A stretch of DNA of 64,000 bases, taken from NCBI RefSeq assembly GCF_001194135.2, contig NC_068984.1, positions 97,938,929 to 98,002,928 on the forward strand, written 5' to 3'. Shown piece after piece: positions 55,869 through 64,000 of this stretch (position 1 is its first letter; every line of letters starts with the position of its first letter). The notes below the pieces were generated by a model, which ran no database searches, was not told the origin of the DNA, and was given only the letters and a program-made list of their open reading frames with translations. The translations under genes were made by a program, and so were the position numbers. This DNA is from Octopus bimaculoides. Taxonomy: Eukaryota.

Positions 55869-57880
55869 CCCTTTCGTTACTATATTTCTGACCAAAATAC
55901 ACCCCTCGTGAGTTTCAATTAAATTCTAAAATAATCATGAATTTACACTAGTCTCATTAAACAACTGTAACTTTTGGAACATAATTGAAGAAAGGGTTTT
56001 TCATCAATTCTATTGCATAATTTTTGTCTCAAAGTGACTCTAATTACAGGTAAATCCAGGTAAACTGAGCAAAATGTAAAAATATTTCAATTTTGTTTAA
56101 ACATTACCATAGAAAATGTGTCATCAGCTAATATTTAATTGGGTATGCAACAAAGTTTTGATATAGAAGAATTGTGCACATCACTAGATTATCAATTGAA
56201 TTTAATGCACAGAAGAACAGGTGTACCATAAAGGTAAAATAAACTGAAATACTGGAATTTGTTTTTGGAGAAAACTAGAAAATTGAATACAACTAAATGA
56301 AATATACTCACACACATACATAAATACACAGGAACATATATAATAAAGATTTACAATAGAAATTAAATCAAAACTTGTCACTCACCTTACAGGTAAATTA
56401 AAATAAAAAGTAAAACTAAGTAAATTTGAAAAATATTTATACAATCTAATTATACATATTACAAAATATATTCACACAATATTTCTATCATGGAAAGTTG
56501 TAAAACATCTCACTCAACATACTGCAACCTTGCAGAATGCACATTGGGAAGGCGTTTCAACTGGCCATCCACTGGGAGTTTTTCTTTGTTGATGTAGACA
56601 TTCATGGCACTGCCTTTTGCGACTCCCGATTTTTTCTAATTTATGGAGATTGGCTGAACTCAGAGGGATATCTCTCTGGCAGGCTTTGCTTTTCCTTCCT
56701 GCAGTTATTTTTTGGAGGAATAACCTGCCCTCAGCTGCATTGCAACATCTGCTCGGAACTGCAGATGGTCACACCGCTTGCGAACCCCTCCTGATTTGGT
56801 ATATAATATGAATGCATTTACAATGCCATTTTCATCTACACATGGTTGTGCACTGGTAGATAGAAAATTTATCTTANNNNNNNNNNATGCATTTACAATG
56901 CCATTTTCATCTACACATGGTTGTGCACTGGTAGATAGAAAATTTATCTTATCTCTGTATGCGGTTGCTAGCAGATTTCCTTTCTGCCGTTGGATTATTT
57001 CACCTTTGTTTTTTAATTTTGCTTTTTTTATATCCAATGGCAGCCCTTTTCTACTTAGCCATTATTGTAGCACACGTATACGTTTCCACAGCTTCTAAAT
57101 CCACCGCAAGTTTGACCGAACTAAAAAATTAGTCAAAAAATAAAATACGGCCCTGGTTATGGCATGGAAGTGATAAATTCCAGACCACATCATAGGCCAT
57201 GCTGACTAACATTATTGTCTCTTTTTCTTGTATAAAAGCTAAATCCACAGCAGTACCCAGTATTTGCCTCACAAATTTTCCAAACTTTGATCCCCTATTT
57301 TGTGGGCTTTCCTGGCATATACTGTCAGAAGCGTACTCTTCCTATATACCCCACCATGCCCTCGACGGATAAGTATCTCTCAGGCTTGTAAAATGTTTTA
57401 TATGCATTTTGAAAGCAGTTGATACAGGGTCTTATTTTAAATAAGGGATCAAAGCTTGGTTCTCCATGTACTGGGGTACTGCTGGTGTCTCTCACATGTA
57501 AATATTGGTTCAGCTTCACGAATCGTATTCAGGTCATAATACTGGAAACAAATTCATTGCCAAAAGGTTCCTGATTGCTCCAGTAATTTGTTATTCTGGG
57601 TAACTGTCTAATACCCATAATAATATTTATGGCAAAAAATGCCCGTATTTCATCTAAGGTTGTAGGAAACCACAAGCTATCTTTTTTACCGGCTTGTTTA
57701 CATTTTGCGTAATGGTGTGTTTCCGCAGTAAACATTTCAAACAAGCACGTTGGAAAAAATAAGAAAAAGAAGTCTAAAGGTTTCGCTTCCTGAGAAAGAC
57801 TATGGGTAGGCCGTGTCTCCTCAGAAAAATTGTTAATAAAAACATTATTTAAATTTTCATATATTGGTATATACATATTT
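55869..57880 (-). mobile_element. piggyBac (PGBD4-like) transposon; 5' end lost in an N gap
   Basis: Terminus TTAA-CCCTTTCGTTAC at 55865. EIRAFFAINIIMGIRQLPRITNYWS, FDPLFKIRP, YLSVEGMVGY, and a C-terminal Cys-rich RQCHEC...QCAFCKVAVC. Confidence 0.9.
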
Positions 57881-58238
57881 ATATATACTGATATATAAAT
57901 ATATATATNNNNNNNNNNNNNNNNNNNNNNNNNNNNNNNNNNNNNNNNNNNNNNNNNNNNNNNNNNNNNNNNNNNNNNNNNNNNNNNNNNNNNNNNNNNN
58001 NNNNNNNNNNNNNNNNNNNNNNNNNNNNNNNNNNNNNNNNNNNNNNNNNNNNNNNNNNNNNNNNNNNNNNNNNNNNNNNNNNNNNNNNNNNNNNNNNNNN
58101 NNNNNNNNNNNNNNNNNNNNNNNNNNNNNNNNNNNNNNNNNNNNNNNNNNNNNNNNNNNNNNNNNNNNNNNNNNNNNNNNNNNNNNNNNNNNNNNNNNNN
58201 NNNNNNNNNNNNNNNNNNNNNNNNNNNNNNNNNNNNNN

Positions 58239-58550
58239 CTTATTCTATCGGTCTCTTTTGCCGAACCGCTAGGTGACGGGGACATAAACACACCAGCATC
58301 GGTTGTCAAGCAATGCTAGGGGGACAAACACAGACACACAAACACACACACATATACATATATATATATATATATATACATATATACAACGGGCTTCTTT
58401 CAGTTTCCGTCTACCAAATCCACTCACGAGGCTTTGGTCAGCCCGAGGCTATAGTAGAAGACACTTGCCCAAGGTGCCATGCAATGGGACTGAACCCGGA
58501 ACCATGTGGCTGGTAAGCAAGCTACTAACCACACAGCCACTCCTGCGCCT
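58239..58550 (-). mobile_element. tRNA-derived SINE with CORE-like block (best-preserved copy; 3' end cut by a gap)
   Basis: Minus strand: A box TGGCTGTGTGG, B box GGTTCAGTCCC, GGCACCTTGGGCAAGTG (CORE-like), internal (TA)/(TG) microsatellite. Other copies lie near 3480, 4540, 5220, 13420, 16790, 25600, 29770 and 36020. Confidence 0.9.
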
Positions 58551-58957
58551 ATATATATAGTTTTAGGGAAAAGAAACAAGGTTCATGAACTCATTGATAG
58601 AAATCCACTATAACAAGTAAAAAAAATTAATAAGTAAAAGCACAAAAAATAAGTATAATATAATACAAAGTAAATATCATAAGATAAAGATAATAAAATG
58701 ACAACACGTGTTTCATAACCAATTTTCAAATAGAAAGAAAATTTAAATCCATTAAAACTATCGAAAATCAATTCTATTCAAAAATATTGCTAATCTTCAG
58801 GTCAAAATANNNNNNNNNNNNNNNNNNNNNNNNNNNNNNNNNNNNNNNNNNNNNNNNNNNNNNNNNNNNNNNNNNNNNNNNNNNNNNNNNNNNNNNNNNN
58901 NNNNNNNNNGGAAAGCGGACGTTAAACGACGACGATGATGATGATGATGATATATAT

Positions 58958-59772
58958 ATCAGGTCATCACATAAGATCTGTACAGTTTTACCTTTTTTAA
59001 AACTGAAATCAAATTTAATAGCATTTTAGAATGTCTAATGGATTTAAAAATTATTTTTATGTGTTTGTGTAAATTTAAACTAATTAAATATTATTTTACA
59101 GAATAATAGAATTAAAATTTCTCTGATTAAAACCGTTTCTAACATGGAAGTATCCAAAGAGCATTTGAGGCACATAATGCTTTATGAGTACAAAAAAGGA
59201 AACTCTGCAGCCAAAGCGGCTCGAAACATACACTCAGTTTATGGGAAATAATGCTTGAATGAAAGAACTTGCAGAAGATGGTTTGCAAAATTCAGAAGTG
59301 GAGATTTCAGCCTTGAAGATGAATATCAAACAAGACGTCCAGTTGATGATAAGCTCCTTGAGGCATTACCTGAAGAAAATCCTGCATTATCAATTGAAGA
59401 ATTGCCAATAAAGCTTAGTTCAAACTATACAACTGTTCATCGTCATCTTTAACAACTTGGAAAGGTTCCTAAAGTTGGAAAATAGGTGCCTCATGAATTA
59501 TCCGAAAGCAACCGCAAATACCAAGTTGACATCTGCTTTTCTCTCCATTTTTACAAACTCATTTCACCCTTTTTGGATAGACTTGTGAGTGGTGATGAAA
59601 AATGGATCTTCTATTGAAATGGTAAACGTCGTAAACTATGGCTTGGTAAAAGGGAACAAGCTCAACCACAACCGAGAATGGAACTTCATGGGAAAAAGGT
59701 TATTCTCTCTATCTTGTGGGATTGCAAAGGAGTAATTCACTTTGAATTGTTACCAGCTAATGCAACAATCTT
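58958..59772 (+). mobile_element. mariner transposon 5' part, degenerate and truncated
   Basis: ATG at 59144: MEVSKEHLRHIMLYEYKKG...ERTCRRWFAKFRSGDFSLEDE...VPHELS...LVSGDEKWIFY...LWDCKGVIHFELLP; in-frame stops. Confidence 0.92.
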
Positions 59773-59779
59773 CTGACAA

Positions 59780-60507
59780 TGGTAGAATGTGTCATATAAA
59801 ACATCTTTTACTCTTAGTGTTGTTGAGAAAAGTTTATATTTTCAAAGTTATTTTGCGTTAAAGTAGTTGTATCAATGATGTCAATTGAACTGAATAAAAT
59901 TACTGCTATTGTTTGTCAACAACAACTTCCGGTGGTGTATATTTTGTTTGTCACTGTTATTTATGACATATTTCATCTCAGTTACGTTTGTATGAATAAA
60001 CAAGTGTATCTGAAGCATGTTTACTTCATGGCACCACCACAATCATTCGTGCATTTCTACTGCTTTTAGTTTTTTTTTTCCTGTTTTTCAGATACTATTT
60101 TTGGAAAAACTTTTTTGTCCCCTCCCCTCCAATTTCTTCATTTTTCACTTTTTTGCATAACTCTAACCCTAAAAATCCTAACCCTAACCCCCTAACCTTA
60201 AAACTAAAACCAGTACAAACGCACAAATGATGTCAGTAATAACAGTGACAAACAAAATATACACTGCCGATAGTTGCTGACAAACAACAGCAGTAATTTT
60301 ATTCAGCTGAATACACATCATTGATTGGTTGAAATTACCGAAATACGACAAATTTTAAATAAAATAACTTTGAAAATACAGAATTTTCTCAACAACGTCA
60401 AGAGTAAAAGATGTTTTATGTGACACATTCTACCAGTATACGAAGTTTGAAAGTGTTTAGTTACAAAAAATTAATTTTTCAATCTGCCGGTCAATAGGTA
60501 AAGATCC
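59780..60507. mobile_element. Non-autonomous DNA element with long subterminal inverted repeats and internal CCCTAA-like repeats
   Basis: 59780-~59925 inverts against ~60270-60435. Related fragments occur at ~28070-28390. Confidence 0.7.
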
Positions 60508-60879
60508 TGAAAGTATCCTAATGTAATCCTTATTGTCCTCTGGAAACCCTGACGATTTTCTTTATAAGGTATTTAAAATGCAAAAGTATATTTTTATATA
60601 TGTTTAGCAATTCTAATCTTATTTGAGAAATGAAAAAATTGTTGGTTAATATGTTCATTAATTAATAAACCAATTTGTGTCTATTAGATCTCTGTTTTCT
60701 AACTCAATAAAAATGTCTGATATCTTACACTATTCTATACAATATATCAATTGAAGGATTATCTCTTCAAAATTTAATATATTAAACCAGTGCTAACTTG
60801 GATAAATATCCCTATAAGAGGTTTGAATATCCTTCATAATTCCCACCATCCTCTCTTTTCTTCATAATTCTCACCATCC

Positions 60880-61560
60880 ATACAGTGTAAAGAGAGGGAC
60901 TGCTCAGTTCCTAAAACATTGCACAAAGAATATATGCAGCAATCGTGATACCCACCACGAAGAAATGATCAAGCTTAGTAACAATCTATTAAGCAACAAC
61001 TACTCCAAAAACATACTATCTACTCAAATTATGAAGAAAAGAGAGGATGAAACTAATATGTCTATTGTCGGTCTACCCTATGTGAAAGGCCTCTCGAAAA
61101 AGATACAAAAGATATGCGGCCCATATGACATCAGGACAGTATTTAAGAGTAATACAAAACTTCGCAAATATCTCCTTCGGGTAAAACTACCAATGGAAGA
61201 GAATATGACCAAAAACTGTGTGTACTCCATCCCATGCAGCTGTGGTAGGTTATACAAAGGCGAAACATGCCACCCCCTTAAAATAACGGTAGAGGAACAT
61301 CGCAAAGCTGTGACACGAGGAGATATTGATAAATTGGGTATAGCTGATCATAAATGGAAAATGGAGACCATCTCCCCCTGTAGGATGAAGATAAAATAAT
61401 AGACAGAGAACACCACTAGAAAATACAAAAACTAAAAGCAGCAGCACATATGCTAGGACACAACAACCTCCTAAGCAGACTGAGTGCAGATATGAACAGC
61501 ATGGGAACCGGTATAAAGGAAGGATGGGAGAACATTAGATTTATAAGCCCTAAAAATTCA
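60880..61560 (+). mobile_element. Penelope-like element: RT C-terminus + GIY-YIG endonuclease
   Basis: LPYVKGLSKKIQKI...IRTVFKSN...CVYSIPCSCGRLYKGETCHPLKITVEEHRK. Confidence 0.9.
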
Positions 61561-61573
61561 CTCCATAATTGTC

Positions 61574-61775
61574 CATGGGCATATGGCGTAGTGGTTAAGA
61601 GCACGGGCTACTAACCTCAAGATTCCGAGTTCGATTCCAGGCAGTGACCTGAATAACAACAACAACATTGAATGAGAACTTCCCCAGGACACCTGATGAA
61701 GGCTGAAGGATATATCAGCCAAAACGTTGTGTTAACAACAAACAAGATGAGGACAAATATCCGTCAAATGTAAAT
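61574..61775 (+). mobile_element. tRNA-headed small element carrying a minimal hammerhead ribozyme fold (copy 2)
   Basis: A box TGGCGTAGTGG (61584-61594), B box GAGTTCGATTCC (61627-61638), then GACAC-CTGATGA-A-GGCTG..CAGCC-AAAAC-GTT-GTGTT (61688-61733). Confidence 0.8.
61688..61733 (+). ncRNA. Type-I minimal hammerhead ribozyme motif (G12 mutated in this copy)
   Basis: Stem I GACAC/GUGUU, core CUGAUGA, stem II GGCUG/CAGCC, [G>A]AAA, palindromic ACGU as helix III, GUU triplet. Copy 1 retains GAAAC. Confidence 0.65.
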
Positions 61776-62116
61776 GTCCCGATCCATGTGCATAACATGA
61801 TCAAACCAGAACAGTCTTCTCTCTTGAGCAATGCATCTAATTCCTCTTATGCCTAACTTTTCTCTCAATACACTAGCACTAACAGAGGACACTAGCTTCA
61901 TTCCTCTCTAGTCTTTGCATGTCCTCTACATTCAGGAATCCCATCTCACTAACACATACTATTGTTGTTTGTACACATGCATCATACAATCTTCTTTTCA
62001 CTCAAGAGAGACCTTTGGTTGCCAACAGAGATAAAAGCTCTCAGAATTTTTTCTCTCCTATTCTTATTTTAGCAATTGCATTTTCTGCACATCTTCCCCC
62101 ATTGCTAATTAGGTCC

Positions 62117-62365
62117 CTTAGGTAGTGTGCATTACTGTACGAGAGAAAACCCACCCACATCAGAATTGGGATCCTAAAACCAAAGTGCCACATAAAAAGC
62201 ATCCAGTACACTCTGTAGAGTGATTGGCATTAGGAAGGGCACTCAGTTGTAGAAACCAAGCCAAAGCAGACTATGGAATCTGGTGCAGCCCCTGGCCTTG
62301 CCAATTTCTGCCAAGTCATCCAGCCCATGCCAGCATGGAAAATGGATGTTAAATGTTGATGATGA
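62117..62365 (+). mobile_element. SINE-like or RTE-3'UTR repeat with the shared RTE tail
   Basis: TGATTGGCATTAGGAAGGGC block plus CCCATGCCAGCATGGAAAATGGATGTTAAATGTTGATGATGA tail. Confidence 0.7.
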
Positions 62366-62574
62366 ATTCCCTGTAGTTTTAATGTCACTTGTGCATCTTC
62401 CACATACAGACACTACTTTTTCTGATAGCCTTCCTATTATTATTCCACTGCACCTCTTGCGTATCCATAGCTTGCAATGGATACACTATAGAATTCCTGC
62501 CTACACTATACCTACATATATATATATACCAATATGGGGGAAGGGACCTGTCCATTTTATTGCTTACTAGAACC

Positions 62575-62900
62575 TTAGTCTTTGCTAAATTAACTTTAAG
62601 GCCCTTCTATTCCAGGTTTTGCTTCCATCAACACCTGGAATTTTGTTTCTAGTTCTGTTACAGAATCTTTTATGAGAGCAAGATCACCAGCATATAGCAG
62701 TTCCCAGAGGTCATGAATTCCTATGTTATAACCTGAAGGACAATGATGAATAGGAAAGGATAAAGAACCGAACCCTGATGCCAACCTATACACTAAATTC
62801 AACACTCATGGTTAACTCTCACATTATAGACAGAACATCTGTACACAGCCTGTACAATTTTCACGAGCCACCTCAAACTTCCTCAAAGCCAACCAAATTA
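62575..62900 (-). mobile_element. RTE-like LINE RT fragment
   Basis: HQGSVLYPFLFIIVLQ and WELLYAGDLAL (YADD motif mutated). Confidence 0.8.
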
Positions 62901-62901
62901 C

Positions 62902-62942
<41 letters not shown>

Positions 62943-63196
62943 TAAAGAGAATTGATGTATAAACATCAAAAAGTAAATCCAGAGCAATTAAGAGCTTAAT
63001 TAATAACAGGTTGTTGTAATGTATAAACTAAATAATATGAAAAAAGATGTAGTTACAAATATGTTAACACCTTAATCTTTCTTAATTATACTTGATCAAT
63101 ATATATATATATATATAAGTTCAAAAAAGGAAAAAGACAAAAAAACAACAACGTGAGGACGTGATACAGATTGTGTTACTAGACACTCGGGAAAGG

Positions 63197-63232
<36 letters not shown>

Positions 63233-64000
63233 CGTGCAGCCTGATGATGGTGTACTTGTCCAAGACTTTAAAGTCTCTATCAATAATATTCATGCTTAAG
63301 AATAATAAGTTTGTACTCTACATGAGATAAATGTAAAATTGCTTTCATAATAACTGAACATAAAAACAAATAAACATATCTATAAGGTAATGAGCTGGCT
63401 GAATCATTGGCACCTTGGACAAAATGCTTAGAACCATTTCATCTGTCTTTATGTTCAGAGTTCAAATTCTGCTGAGGTGAACTTTGCCTTTCATCATTTA
63501 CATATACATATACATATACATATATATATAACTCTGCCAAATCAGATTGGAGACTGGTGTAGCCATTTGGTTTCACCAGTCCTCAGTCAAATCGTCCAAC
63601 CCATGCTAGCATGGAAAGCGGACGTTAAACGATGATGATGATGATGATATATATATATTATTTTATTTTGCTAAAAATAGCTTGAAACCATGGTCTGGAA
63701 AATAGATGGTAAATGTTTTTATTTTTCATTCCCTTTCGAAATTATCTCTAATTGTGGTTTGGAGTTTTGACTGCTCCTTCTAGTGGATTAGATGTCCTAT
63801 TATGGACATCTCTCTAATGTGTTCAAATGTACACTGTATGTATTTATATGAATAATATATAGCCTATTGACTACTTGTTTTCTTCTCGCCAGACCACTGG
63901 TAGCAAATAGAATTTCTAAACTTTTTTTGCTAGCCTGAGATTTATTAATATATATATATAAAATAAATAAATGTGTATATGTATTTTTTTTTTTTTTTTT

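Noticed and set aside
56807-56950. ~65-bp direct duplication inside the piggyBac ORF
   Set aside because: The copies sit exactly on either side of a 10-N gap, so they are unmerged overlapping contig ends, not biology.
61577-61650. Possible genuine tRNA gene
   Set aside because: No pairing acceptor stem and no poly-T terminator; it continues into a repeat body, so it is treated as a SINE-like head.
63236-63285. CCTGATGATGG... possible hammerhead start
   Set aside because: No GAAA and no clear stem II; at best a decayed remnant.

Overview
AT-rich, microsatellite- and SINE-dense eukaryotic DNA with several N gaps. The repeat families look like those of an octopus or other cephalopod (inference). 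The backbone is one large minus-strand gene, a NEDD4-family HECW/NEDL-type E3 ubiquitin ligase. I traced 17 consecutive GT-AG exons with mutually consistent phases between 47515 and 3732. They encode a disordered linker, WW1, the helical box, WW2, a His/Ser-rich insert and the HECT N-lobe; the only frame break is across an N gap inside the largest exon. The N-terminal/C2 exons and the catalytic HECT C-lobe exons were not found and probably lie outside the window. The introns hold decayed transposons: three Penelope-like elements, an R4/Dong-like LINE, RTE LINEs, two piggyBacs plus MITEs, a full-length Chapaev3-type element with TSD, Tigger/pogo, Tc1, mariner and at least three SINE families. 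The most interesting signal is a small element, present twice, that joins a tRNA-like Pol III head to a minimal type-I hammerhead ribozyme fold; both copies sit at or in Penelope elements. Also notable are an inverted repeat with a hammerhead-like core after a Penelope ORF, several long intronic hairpins, and His-rich and SH3-ligand-rich segments in the ligase.
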